Shown here: in pieces, positions 10,824 through 19,943 of the stretch
Position numbering within the stretch: position 1 is the stretch's first letter
Layout: each line of letters begins with the position of its first letter
DNA from: Candidatus Bathyarchaeota archaeon
GTDB lineage: Archaea > Thermoproteota > Bathyarchaeia > Bathyarchaeales > Bathycorpusculaceae
Assembly: GCA_963768425.1 (NCBI GenBank)
Contig: CAVYHV010000030.1
Span: forward strand, 32,001 to 96,000
DNA: 64,000 bases
Reading direction: 5' to 3'
Program-made: the position numbers and the translations under genes
Notes under the pieces: model-generated
Database searches by the model: none
What the model saw: only the letters and a program-made list of their open reading frames with translations
What the model was told of the DNA's origin: nothing

Positions 10824-13133
10824 GTGAATTGGCGATTGAATCATCGGAGTTTTCGATCTAAGAAGTTACCCGGCGAGGCAGAGGATTCAAACTCTAATGG
10901 AATTTCTCCCCAACTCGGCAAAGGAAGACGGACTGTCAGCAGCCAGGGGCTGGAGAGAAGAGAATTCTTGAAACTGACAGCCTTAGCAGCAGGCGGTGGC
11001 TTAGCCGCAGTTTTTTTATCTGGCGCCCTGAAGCCGTTGGGTTTTGTTTCGAAAGCAACAAATCAGCTTCTTGAAGCCCCAGGACAAGTAACTCCGAGAA
11101 TAGGGCTGATGGTGCCCGTTGCAGATTCCGCTTTGACCGTTTTAGATCCTACAACAATTCCGAAGTTCGAAAATGAGCTGGTTGGCCCCCCTCCTGTTTT
11201 CCAGCCTAATGTCGTAACAAACCAAGGCAAAGTGATTCGACACGACTACACAGTGACAATGGCAAGCTTCACTCAACAAATTCTTCCTCCCTCCATGAAA
11301 TTAATGACCCCTGTTTGGGGTTACTCAGGTTTAGCCACGGACGCACTAACTGGTGCATCTTTAGGATCCGTTCAAAGCACTCCCGGACCGTCTTTTGAAG
11401 CCATAAGAGGCGTACCCATACAAGTTCAATGGCAAAACAACATTTCATCCCCCTATATGTTACCAGTTGACCCAACAATTCACTGGGCAAACCCAAACAA
11501 AAGTCCAATGTCCGCTCAGCCTTTCCCAGTATTTCCGCCAGGATATCCAAACGCGCAATCTCCTGTTCCCCTTGTCACTCATCTTCACGGCGGCGAAAAC
11601 CAATCTTACTCTGACGGAGGTCCAAACCAATGGTTTACTTCCGATGGAAGACATGGTCAAGCATACTATACGGCTGAAAAAGCTAGTTCGAACGTCGCAG
11701 TCTATTATTATCCTAATGCTCAGCAACCGACTACCTTGTGGTACCACGATCATGCCTTAGGCGTCACTCGACTAAACGTGTTGTCAGGTCTAGCAGGTTT
11801 CTATTTGATCCGCGAATCCATTGGAAATGACAAAGTCGCGGCTGTACTGCCGAATGGAAAATACGAGATGCCGCTTGTGATTCAGGATAGAACATTCAAC
11901 AGCGACGGTTCCTTAAGTTATCCATCCGTCAGCTTTGTTCCTGACATCCATCCTTTCTGGGTTAACAGTTTCCTAGGCAATGCAATAATGGTAAATGGCA
12001 AGGTCTGGCCTAACATGAATGTTGACAGAGGACAATATAGGCTCAGAATCCTAAACGGATCAAACACGCGATTTTACGCTCTCAACTTTTCAAACGCGAT
12101 GACCTTCATCCAGATAGGAAGCGACGGCGGATACCTGAAAGCCCCAGTCGCCCTCACTTCCTTGACCTTAGCTCCTGCTGAACGTGCAGATATAATAGTT
12201 GACTTTTCAAATCTTGCACCCGGAGAAAGAGTCACACTGCAAAACTCTGCGTTGCTCTCGACCTTTGGTATCGAAGCACAAACCGTTGGACAAATAATGC
12301 AGTTCACAGCCAACAACACGCAAGGAATTGTTCCATTTAATATTGCTTCAGCGCCAAAACCATTTAATCCAACTCTTGCAGAATCGAACTTTCCAACCCT
12401 GCCAAAACCCACAAAGCAGCGAGTTCTGACACTTTACGAGATTGCTGATTCAAACGGCTTAATGGTTGAAGCTTTGCTTAACGGGCAAACCTGGGATGCG
12501 CCCACTTCGGAAACGCCTGAGCTAGGTGCAACTGAGGATTGGGTGATTGTTAACCCAACTATGGACGTTCACCCGATTCACCTCCACTTGGTGCAGTTTC
12601 AACTTGTCCAGCGTCAATTGTTAAACGCTCCCGGTTCATACGTAGACGAATGGTTAAGTATCAATGGGCAGCCGCCGTTCAGTCACGCAACAAAAAACGT
12701 TCAATCGCTTTCATCCTTCATGTTTACTAATGTAACTCAACCACAACCGCAAGAGCAATGTTGGAAAGACACGATTACTGTAAACTCCGGAGAAGTTGTA
12801 ACAATCCGAGTAAGATTCGCGCAGCAAGACGGCTCAGGTTTTCCGTTTGACGCAACGGCTGGGCCAGGATATGTTTGGCATTGCCATCTCCTTGAGCATG
12901 AAGATAACGAAATGATGCGTCCTTACAAAGTGACATCGCCAGCTTCAATCGCAGTTCCAATAGCGGTTTCCTCAGCAGTCGTGGGTGCAGCCGTTCTGTC
13001 TGCAGCGTACTACTATCAAAGAAGGCGAAAGAAGAAAGTTGCGAGCGTGGAAACCAACCCTCAATCGTCTCGGTTGTTGGGTAGCCAAGAAATGTCTCAA
13101 CAAGAAGAAGTATCACATGAAAAAGATGATTAA
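10824..13133 (+). CDS. Tat-exported multicopper oxidase (CotA/bilirubin oxidase-like) with C-terminal membrane anchor
   Basis: Twin-arginine ERREFLK; copper motifs THLHG, WYHDH, HPIHLHL, HCHLLEHEDNEMM; C-terminal TM plus RRRKKK; start uncertain. Confidence 0.9.
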   Translation: MNWRLNHRSFRSKKLPGEAEDSNSNGISPQLGKGRRTVSSQGLERREFLKLTALAAGGGLAAVFLSGALKPLGFVSKATNQLLEAPGQVTPRIGLMVPVADSALTVLDPTTIPKFENELVGPPPVFQPNVVTNQGKVIRHDYTVTMASFTQQILPPSMKLMTPVWGYSGLATDALTGASLGSVQSTPGPSFEAIRGVPIQVQWQNNISSPYMLPVDPTIHWANPNKSPMSAQPFPVFPPGYPNAQSPVPLVTHLHGGENQSYSDGGPNQWFTSDGRHGQAYYTAEKASSNVAVYYYPNAQQPTTLWYHDHALGVTRLNVLSGLAGFYLIRESIGNDKVAAVLPNGKYEMPLVIQDRTFNSDGSLSYPSVSFVPDIHPFWVNSFLGNAIMVNGKVWPNMNVDRGQYRLRILNGSNTRFYALNFSNAMTFIQIGSDGGYLKAPVALTSLTLAPAERADIIVDFSNLAPGERVTLQNSALLSTFGIEAQTVGQIMQFTANNTQGIVPFNIASAPKPFNPTLAESNFPTLPKPTKQRVLTLYEIADSNGLMVEALLNGQTWDAPTSETPELGATEDWVIVNPTMDVHPIHLHLVQFQLVQRQLLNAPGSYVDEWLSINGQPPFSHATKNVQSLSSFMFTNVTQPQPQEQCWKDTITVNSGEVVTIRVRFAQQDGSGFPFDATAGPGYVWHCHLLEHEDNEMMRPYKVTSPASIAVPIAVSSAVVGAAVLSAAYYYQRRRKKKVASVETNPQSSRLLGSQEMSQQEEVSHEKDD

Positions 13134-13252
13134 CAGTCTCTGCAGGAATCTCTCAGCTCAATCGCAGTTAAGTTTTCCCAGTCAAAAAGGTTTAAATAAA
13201 CACTGTCTCATTTCGTATATGCTTTCAATGTAAAAACGGATGAAAATTTAGC

Positions 13253-13744
13253 ATGTCACAGGAATATCGTCATATACTTCGTATTATGGGTACAGACGTT
13301 CCAGGTACCCTTAAGACTTCTTACGCTATCGCACAAATAAAGGGCGTTAGCTCAAGCCTTTCAAACGCGATTTTGAAGAAGGCAGAAGTGAATCCTGACC
13401 TGCGAGTAGGCTTCCTAACAGAGTCAGACATATCAAAGATTGAAAACGTTATTCGGGAGCCTGCAAAGTACAGTCTTCCAACTTGGCTTTTTAACAGACG
13501 AAAAGACTCTGACACAGGAAAAGACATGCATCTTCTCAGCGCCGACTTAGTTCTGAGGACGAAGCAGGATATTGACGATGCCAAAAACATCAGATCTTGG
13601 CGTGGATACCGCCATGCATACAGCCTCAAAGTCCGTGGTCAACACACTAAAACCACAGGACGAGCAGGCAAAGCTTTAGGCGTCAAGAAGAAAACTCTCT
13701 TGCAGAAACCTGGGGGAGCAGCACCTGCCGAAGGAGGCAAATAA
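13253..13744 (+). CDS. rps13: 30S ribosomal protein S13
   Basis: WLFNRRKD, SWRGYRH, LKVRGQHTKTTGR. Confidence 0.97.
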   Translation: MSQEYRHILRIMGTDVPGTLKTSYAIAQIKGVSSSLSNAILKKAEVNPDLRVGFLTESDISKIENVIREPAKYSLPTWLFNRRKDSDTGKDMHLLSADLVLRTKQDIDDAKNIRSWRGYRHAYSLKVRGQHTKTTGRAGKALGVKKKTLLQKPGGAAPAEGGK

Positions 13745-13746
13745 TC

Positions 13747-14337
13747 ATGGGTGATCCAAAGAAGCAACGTAAAAAGTTCGATACGCCACGGTTCCGCTGG
13801 CGCAAGGACATCCTTCAAGAAGAACTCAAACTTCTGGGTCAATATGGCTTGCGCAACAAGCATGAACTTTGGCGACACAAGACGACCCTGTCTAAGACTC
13901 GAGGCATCGCCCGTTCACTTATCAGCAAAACTCCTGAAGAACGAGCAAAGATGGAGAATGAGTTGCTGACAAAACTCAAGAAAGTCGGCATTCTGCAGGA
14001 AACTGCGGTTTTGGACAACGTCTTAGACTTAGGCATAGAAGATATTTTGGAGCGTAGGCTTCAAACAATTGTTTTTCGCAAGGGTTTAGCGAGGACCGTT
14101 TTCCAGTCACGTCAACTTATCACTCACGGACACGTAACCATTGACAACCGACGAATCACAGTTCCAGGGTACATGGTCGCGAAGTTGGACGAACCCAAAG
14201 TTATCTATTCACCTGAAAGCGCTGTTGCAAACCAAGCCCACCCATTGCGTGCTGGTCTGTCAGTTGTGGCTAAGCAGCCTGAAATTAGGCAGCCTGCCAG
14301 AGGCAGACGAGGCGGAAGAGGAGGCGGCAGGTTCTGA
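13747..14337 (+). CDS. rps4: 30S ribosomal protein S4 (with RGG-rich tail)
   Basis: [36 protein letters not shown]. Confidence 0.97.
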   Translation: MGDPKKQRKKFDTPRFRWRKDILQEELKLLGQYGLRNKHELWRHKTTLSKTRGIARSLISKTPEERAKMENELLTKLKKVGILQETAVLDNVLDLGIEDILERRLQTIVFRKGLARTVFQSRQLITHGHVTIDNRRITVPGYMVAKLDEPKVIYSPESAVANQAHPLRAGLSVVAKQPEIRQPARGRRGGRGGGRF

Positions 14338-14738
14338 GCGCCAACAGCAAAAGAAACGAGAAATGGGCAATCGTCCACATTTTCAGCTCATATAACAACA
14401 CGTTGATACACATTACTGACATTTCAGGTGCGGAGACAATCGCTCGAACCAGCGGTGGTATGTTCGTTAAAGCAGACCGCATGGAGTCGTCTCCGTACGC
14501 TGCGATGCGTGCAGCAACTGGCGCAGCTGAAGTAGCTAGAGACAAGGGGATAACAGCCATTCACATTAAAGTTAGAGCTCCAGGCGGCAGTGGCCCAAGA
14601 ACTCCTGGTCCAGGTGCCCAAGCAGCTATCCGTGCATTGGCTAGGTTTGGGTTCAGAATTGAACGGATCGAGGAAGTTACACCTATTCCCCATGATGGGA
14701 CAAGAAGGCCTGGCGGCAGAAGAGGAAGAAGAGTCTAA
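14334..14738 (+). CDS. rps11: 30S ribosomal protein S11 (probable CTG start overlapping the rps4 stop)
   Basis: In-frame [21 protein letters not shown] upstream of the listed ORF; [28 protein letters not shown]. Confidence 0.95.
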   Translation: MSANSKRNEKWAIVHIFSSYNNTLIHITDISGAETIARTSGGMFVKADRMESSPYAAMRAATGAAEVARDKGITAIHIKVRAPGGSGPRTPGPGAQAAIRALARFGFRIERIEEVTPIPHDGTRRPGGRRGRRV

Positions 14739-14827
14739 ACTCAGTTTCCCCTCTTTATAAACAGAAAAATTGAAATAATGCACCATATCTCTATTGAACG
14801 CAAAAATGTTAAAGTAATCTTACTGGA

Positions 14828-15655
14828 GTGTCTCAGCAAGTGAAAATGGAAATCCTTGAAAAAAACGATAGCAACCTCCGCGTGGTTATCAGGGACGCGG
14901 ATGTTCCGTTAATGAACGCTCTGCGTCGCATAGCGCTTGCTGAGGTGCCGACCATGGCAATTGAAGAAGTTGTCATGATTGAAAACAGCTCTATCCTGCA
15001 GGATGAAATTATAGCTCACAGACTTGGTCTTACCCCACTGAAAACTGATTTGGATGCCTATAACCTGCCTGAAGAATGCGAGTGTCAAAGCGAATTTGGG
15101 TGTTCCCAATGTCGCGTAACATTAACACTTGACGCTGAAGCAAAGGAAGGTACGAGGACGGTTTATTCGGGTGAAATCGTGTCTGAAAACCCAGAGATTA
15201 TCCCTGTGTCGGATAAGATCCCGATTATCAAGCTTGCTAAGAACCAGAAACTTAAGCTTGAAGCCTATGCCCGTTTGGGAAGAGGCAAAGTTCACGCTAA
15301 GTGGCAGCCAGTTTCAATGTGCGCTTACAAGTATTACCCAAAAGTAACTGTTCCAATAGAGAAATGCGAGGAATGCGCAAAATGCGTCGAGATATGTCCC
15401 AAAAAGGTCCTCGAAATTAAAGATGACAAAGTCGATGTGCGAGACCTTTTGGCATGCAATCTCTGCATGGATTGCGTTGAAGCTTGCCCGAAAAAGCCTT
15501 CGCCGCTCAAGGTAGAGTGGGAGAAGGAAGCTTTCGTAATGAACATCGAGTCTACAGGCGCGCTTCCTCCAGGACGCATACTCCAAGAAGCTTCCAAAAC
15601 GTTAGGTAAACAACTTAATGAAATTGAAGAATTGTTAAAGGCTGAATCGCAATGA
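14828..15655 (+). CDS. rpoD: DNA-directed RNA polymerase subunit D (Rpo3) with ferredoxin-like Fe-S domain
   Basis: NALRR..LAEVPTMAI, DEIIAHRLGL, HAKWQP, two CxxCxxCxxxCP motifs. Confidence 0.96.
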   Translation: MSQQVKMEILEKNDSNLRVVIRDADVPLMNALRRIALAEVPTMAIEEVVMIENSSILQDEIIAHRLGLTPLKTDLDAYNLPEECECQSEFGCSQCRVTLTLDAEAKEGTRTVYSGEIVSENPEIIPVSDKIPIIKLAKNQKLKLEAYARLGRGKVHAKWQPVSMCAYKYYPKVTVPIEKCEECAKCVEICPKKVLEIKDDKVDVRDLLACNLCMDCVEACPKKPSPLKVEWEKEAFVMNIESTGALPPGRILQEASKTLGKQLNEIEELLKAESQ

Positions 15656-16014
15656 AAGAGTCAAAATCAACAAATCCCGAATTAATCCATCTTATTGGTT
15701 TACTCAAGAAAGAAAGCAAAGAAAAACAAGCAGGCATCTGGCTTGACCTAGCAGAATACCTTTCTAAAACACGGAGTCAACGGATTAGTGTTAATTTGAG
15801 TACTTTAAACAGGAACACAAAACGCGCTGAGACAGTGGTTGTTCCTGGCAAAATCTTGGGTTCAGGCTGCTTAAACCACGCTTTAACCGTGGCTTCGTTT
15901 GGTGCTTCTGAGAAAGCCAAGTCCAAGGTTGTTGCTGCAAAAGGGAAATACATTTCGATTCCTGAGCTTATGGAGAAGAATCCTAAGGGCTCAAACGTCA
16001 GAATTATCCGGTGA
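15652..16014 (+). CDS. rpl18e: 50S ribosomal protein L18e
   Basis: STNPEL, VNLS, VVVPGKILGSG, NPKGSNVRII. Confidence 0.95.
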   Translation: MKESKSTNPELIHLIGLLKKESKEKQAGIWLDLAEYLSKTRSQRISVNLSTLNRNTKRAETVVVPGKILGSGCLNHALTVASFGASEKAKSKVVAAKGKYISIPELMEKNPKGSNVRIIR

Positions 16015-16463
16015 AAAACATGCAAACCACGAAAACTCCAGTTGTCCTTGTTAACGCTGAAGGATTGATAGTTGGCAGATTAGGTAGCAAAGTCGCTAAG
16101 TTACTCCTCAATGGGGAAGAAGTAATAATCCTTAACGCTGAAAAAGCCGTGTTCTCTGGAAAAAAGAAAAGCAAAGTTGCCGAAGCCAAACAGTTTCTTG
16201 AGGTAGGTGCACCTGAACGCGGTCCTTTTCATTATCGTAGGCCCGATAAGTACCTGCGCAAGACCCTGCGAGGAATGCTTCCCTACAAGCAGCCTAAAGG
16301 CAAAACCGCGTATAAACGCCTCAAAGTCTTCATGGGTGTACCTATGGAGCTTAAAGGAAAAGAAATGATCACGTTCACAGAAGCCTCATCTGCCACTTTA
16401 AAAGGGCCACATTTCACCCTTATGGAGTTGGCGAAAGAGATAGGCTGGAGCAAAGGTGAATAG
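16011..16463 (+). CDS. rpl13: 50S ribosomal protein L13
   Basis: GRLGSKVAK, NAEKAVFSG, GPFHYRRP, RGMLPYK. Confidence 0.95.
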   Translation: MKNMQTTKTPVVLVNAEGLIVGRLGSKVAKLLLNGEEVIILNAEKAVFSGKKKSKVAEAKQFLEVGAPERGPFHYRRPDKYLRKTLRGMLPYKQPKGKTAYKRLKVFMGVPMELKGKEMITFTEASSATLKGPHFTLMELAKEIGWSKGE

Positions 16464-16465
16464 TT

Positions 16466-16876
16466 ATGCCCGCAAAGAAAGTTTTAGTTGTCAGTGGAAA
16501 AAGAAAAACCGCAGTCGCCCGAGCCGTAGTCAAGCAAGGAATTGGGAAAGTTCGGATAAACAGAACACCAGTTGAAATTTACGAACCCGACGTTGCAAAA
16601 GCAAAAATTATGGAGCCCCTTCTGCAGGCAGGCCCCGAAATCTGGGAACAACTAGACATGGATATCCAAACCAGCGGTGGAGGCTACATGGGACAGGCAG
16701 AAGCCGCCCGAGTTGCAGTTGCAAACGCGCTGTTAAAGTGGACAAAGAGCACTCATCTGCGTACCGTGTTCAGCGAATACGACCGAACCATGATTGTTGG
16801 TGACAGCCGAGCTAAAGAAACCAAAAAGTTCGGTGGAGCGGGCGCACGTTCTAAGGAACAGAAGAGTTACAGGTAA
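16466..16876 (+). CDS. rps9: 30S ribosomal protein S9
   Basis: SGKRKTAVARA, GGGYMGQAEA, KKFGGAGARSKEQKSYR. Confidence 0.97.
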   Translation: MPAKKVLVVSGKRKTAVARAVVKQGIGKVRINRTPVEIYEPDVAKAKIMEPLLQAGPEIWEQLDMDIQTSGGGYMGQAEAARVAVANALLKWTKSTHLRTVFSEYDRTMIVGDSRAKETKKFGGAGARSKEQKSYR

Positions 16877-16885
16877 GGGAAAAAA

Positions 16886-17116
16886 ATGATAATTCCAGTT
16901 CGATGTTTCACCTGCGGCAAACTTGTCGGCGACCAATGGGACGAATTTACACGTCGAATCAAAACAGGCGAAAACGCGAGCGACATCCTTGACAGTCTTG
17001 GTATAAAACGCTACTGCTGCAGACGCATGCTGCTCTCAAACGTGGAAATAATTGACGAAGTCTTGCGGTTCTACGAAGAAGCAGAAAAGAGAAAAGAAGC
17101 GCGCAACTTCTACTGA
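16886..17116 (+). CDS. rpoN: DNA-directed RNA polymerase subunit N (Rpo10)
   Basis: [21 protein letters not shown]. Confidence 0.97.
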   Translation: MIIPVRCFTCGKLVGDQWDEFTRRIKTGENASDILDSLGIKRYCCRRMLLSNVEIIDEVLRFYEEAEKRKEARNFY

Positions 17117-17426
17117 ACACTTTCTTGGGTCAATTTTTCAGTCGCCCAGCCTACGCTTTTTGTTTTACAATCTCCTATTAATTGCCCCATTTTGAATAGG
17201 AGCGATATGGTCAACGTTGATTTTGCTCCGTATTCATGGTTGGTATTAATAGCAAAAACAGGCACTCCTGTTGGGTCGCACTCTGGATCTCTTGCAGACC
17301 ACTCTTTAGGTCTACTATACTATCAAAACAGCCTCTGAATTGAACTGACACACTTTAGCTGCCTATGTCAATTTAATGCTGAAAAACCAGAGGAAACTGC
17401 TGCTTTTGCAATTACCGTTTCTATTT

Positions 17427-18155
17427 TTATAGTTGGATTAACGCGTTCACCAGCGCTACTATCCCAAGCAGAATCAGCACAGCCGCGCCCCCGATTGAGA
17501 TCCATTTACGCAACAACGGCGCTTTGTTAAGAAGCCAACCTGTAACGCCGCCCAACAGAAGCATCGGGGACAAAGCGGTTCCTAACCCGAACAAGAAAGC
17601 TAAAGCAACGCTTCCAAGCGGAGTTGAAAAAGGCAGGGAGTAAAGCAGAAGCGCCATCAAAGGCGGACAGATGATTAGTCCTCTGCCCAAGCCCAAAGTG
17701 AATGCTTTGAAGTCAAAGCCGAATCTGCCATTTTTCGCTGGCGTAGCCACGTTTTTGTCACTGGGCGCGTTGAACTCGCATGGGCTTCTTGACTTGATGA
17801 CGATGGTTATGCCGATTGCCATAGTCAAGATACCGAAGGCTATTGCGGAGTAAGTTTGGAAAGGGGAAATGGCTGAGTTGGAGACAAACAGCCTGAGCAA
17901 TCCACTGAACAAACCGACTACGCTCCCGATAAGGGTATAAGCCAATACTCGTCCACTGTTAAAAATCATTGTTATTGTTATGCTTTTGCGGAAACCAGTG
18001 CCGACGCCTGCGATGTAACTTGCTATGTAAGGGAGGCATGAGGCAGTGCAAACAGCTAACCCGTAAAGTAATCCGCCTGCAAACGCCGCCAGAAACGGGT
18101 TGGAAACTTCGGGTATCAACGACATGGGAATGCTCAGCAAGTTTTGATGAAGCAA
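17427..18155 (-). CDS. DsbD/CcdA-like (TauE/SafE-related) membrane protein
   Basis: About six TMs with CTASCLPY and GLIICPPL, FGLGT; start may be 18125. Confidence 0.7.
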   Translation of the reverse strand: MLHQNLLSIPMSLIPEVSNPFLAAFAGGLLYGLAVCTASCLPYIASYIAGVGTGFRKSITITMIFNSGRVLAYTLIGSVVGLFSGLLRLFVSNSAISPFQTYSAIAFGILTMAIGITIVIKSRSPCEFNAPSDKNVATPAKNGRFGFDFKAFTLGLGRGLIICPPLMALLLYSLPFSTPLGSVALAFLFGLGTALSPMLLLGGVTGWLLNKAPLLRKWISIGGAAVLILLGIVALVNALIQL

Positions 18156-18487
18156 ATAATGGGGGGAGCGTTTTTAAAGCTTACATAAAATTGCTGCCGC
18201 CATGAAACGTTCACCAATTTGCAATATCGGGGTGCCGGGGGTTTGGAAACATGACGGTGCAGGTACCGTTGTTTTTTGTGGTTTTGCAAAGAAATTGCGT
18301 TCTTCATGTCAAATTGCGTAGTTCATGTGAAAAGACAATTAGTTCACCGTTAAGAATGGTTAAAGCGCCTTTCGAAGGCTCAGGAGATTTAGATAAAAAA
18401 GTACGTTTTTACACGCTCACGCAAAGAGCTTATTGCCATAAGAAAGTTAAAAACATGTTTTATAGACCTTAGGCTTATTACAACCTT

Positions 18488-18714
18488 GCAGGTTGAGAAG
18501 CACGCTTTAAATGCAAACGCATTGAAGCAAAGAGTGCGTCAATAAAAACAGCGGAAAATTGACGGGCACCAAAGACTTTGCTTTAATGGGCTGGACGTAG
18601 CTATGTAGCAGGGAAGCTATGAGCGGCGTGGTCAAAACGGTGAAAGACCATGAAGCGACAAAGACATGGCTTCAATGGGCCGCGTAACATCTTTAAGGCT
18701 TAGACTCAACCTGC
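18488..18714 (+). ncRNA. Candidate structured non-coding RNA (~227 nt, multibranch), family not recognised
   Basis: Closing stem GCAGGTTGAG/CTCAACCTGC, several internal stems with G-U pairs only on the plus strand, TATA-like TTTTATA about 25 nt upstream, T-rich tract downstream, no credible ORF. Confidence 0.7.
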
Positions 18715-18789
18715 TTAACTTTTATTCAAACAAAAATTTAATTTTCCATTACCCACTCTTTGGTTTCGCTTCCGGAACACCTGAAGCAG

Positions 18790-18999
18790 TCAGATTCTGT
18801 TGAAGTACTCTAAAGGCGCATACCAGAAAACTGTAATTGTCTTTTGACACTCGGGGTTTTTGCATTTAACCTTGATTTTCACGACATTTCCGTGGAAACT
18901 GCTTCGTATAGGTTTTACTTCTGAAAACGCTGTGTGAAATTTATCTGGCGGTTCAATTTCAAAGGGTTTGTAACAAAAGGGGCATTCAAGAACAGCCAT
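18790..18999 (-). CDS. Small zinc-finger protein
   Basis: CPFC and CKNPEC; upstream GGTGA Shine-Dalgarno. Confidence 0.65.
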   Translation of the reverse strand: MAVLECPFCYKPFEIEPPDKFHTAFSEVKPIRSSFHGNVVKIKVKCKNPECQKTITVFWYAPLEYFNRI

Positions 19000-19079
19000 A
19001 ATTCACCCTCAACCTAATAATACGCAGAAGAATGCTAAAAACTTGGCGCTATCGCAAAGAGTTGCTTTTTATTTATCGT

Positions 19080-19742
19080 TTATTTTTGGTTTATTGCTTT
19101 ATACACTTCTGATGCGATCAATGCTGCTCCCTGGCTGTTCGGGTGCACGCCATCCACAAAGTAATCTGAGTGATTACCAAATGCATTGTACACATCGATT
19201 ATTGGTAGATTCGTTTGGTTTGCCAGCTCCTGTATTTTTGGAACAATAACCCCGTTGAAATAGGGTATGCTGAGGTCTGAGCTATTGCTGAAAATCGGAG
19301 GAGGCTCTACAACCCAGATTCTCGGGTTACTTTCAATCTGCTGGAATGCGCTAATGAGCTTAATGTAGTCTTCTTCGAAACTTGCATTGGATGGGCGAAG
19401 CATCTCCAGGTCATCGTTTGTTCCAAGCATGATGATAACAATGTTCGGTTTGAAATTAATTGCATTTTGAAATTCGGGTTGATCCATGTAGGGTTTCCAA
19501 GAATCTAGCAACACGGTGGATCCGTTGACGCCGAAGTTTTTTACTGAGTAGTTAGGGCCAAGAAGCGATTGTAGATCTGATGGGTATCCAGTTATCGCTG
19601 TGATGCTGTCACCAACACATGCAACTCGAGTAGGGAGTGCTTCAACTTCATTTTGCGGACTCAGTGGTTGAAATCTAACAATTAAAGTTGCCAATACGAT
19701 TGTTCCAAGCAAGATTGCTGCCCATTTCATTTCCTTTTTCAT
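19080..19742 (-). CDS. Membrane-anchored SGNH/GDSL hydrolase
   Basis: GDSIT block I, NFGVNG, LGTND block III, DGVHP block V. Confidence 0.9.
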   Translation of the reverse strand: MKKEMKWAAILLGTIVLATLIVRFQPLSPQNEVEALPTRVACVGDSITAITGYPSDLQSLLGPNYSVKNFGVNGSTVLLDSWKPYMDQPEFQNAINFKPNIVIIMLGTNDDLEMLRPSNASFEEDYIKLISAFQQIESNPRIWVVEPPPIFSNSSDLSIPYFNGVIVPKIQELANQTNLPIIDVYNAFGNHSDYFVDGVHPNSQGAALIASEVYKAINQK

Positions 19743-19943
19743 TATTGGTTTTCAACCGGATTCCACTCTAATTTGTTGACAAGTCTTTTGCTTTCTGTTG
19801 TCAACTGTTAAATGGAGTTAATCAAAAGTCGCTGACGGGTCCTTTAAAGATATTGCAACTTTGGTCATACCCGAATTTGCGGATGATTTAGCGATACTGC
19901 GGCAATTTTAAAAGTATGTCTTACAAATTTAAAGGAGGTTAAT

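Noticed and set aside
13321-16936. Antisense and alternate-frame ORFs over the ribosomal operon (and similar ones across the window)
   Set aside because: Shadows of well-supported genes with no motifs of their own.
17171-17202. Inverted repeat CTCCTATT...AATAGGAG after rpoN
   Set aside because: Single short hairpin between convergent genes; at most a terminator-like element.
18488-18714. RNase P RNA, SRP RNA or hammerhead ribozyme identity for the structured RNA
   Set aside because: No RNase P P4 sequence (GAGGAAA.UCC), SRP helix 8 motif or CUGAnGA core found.
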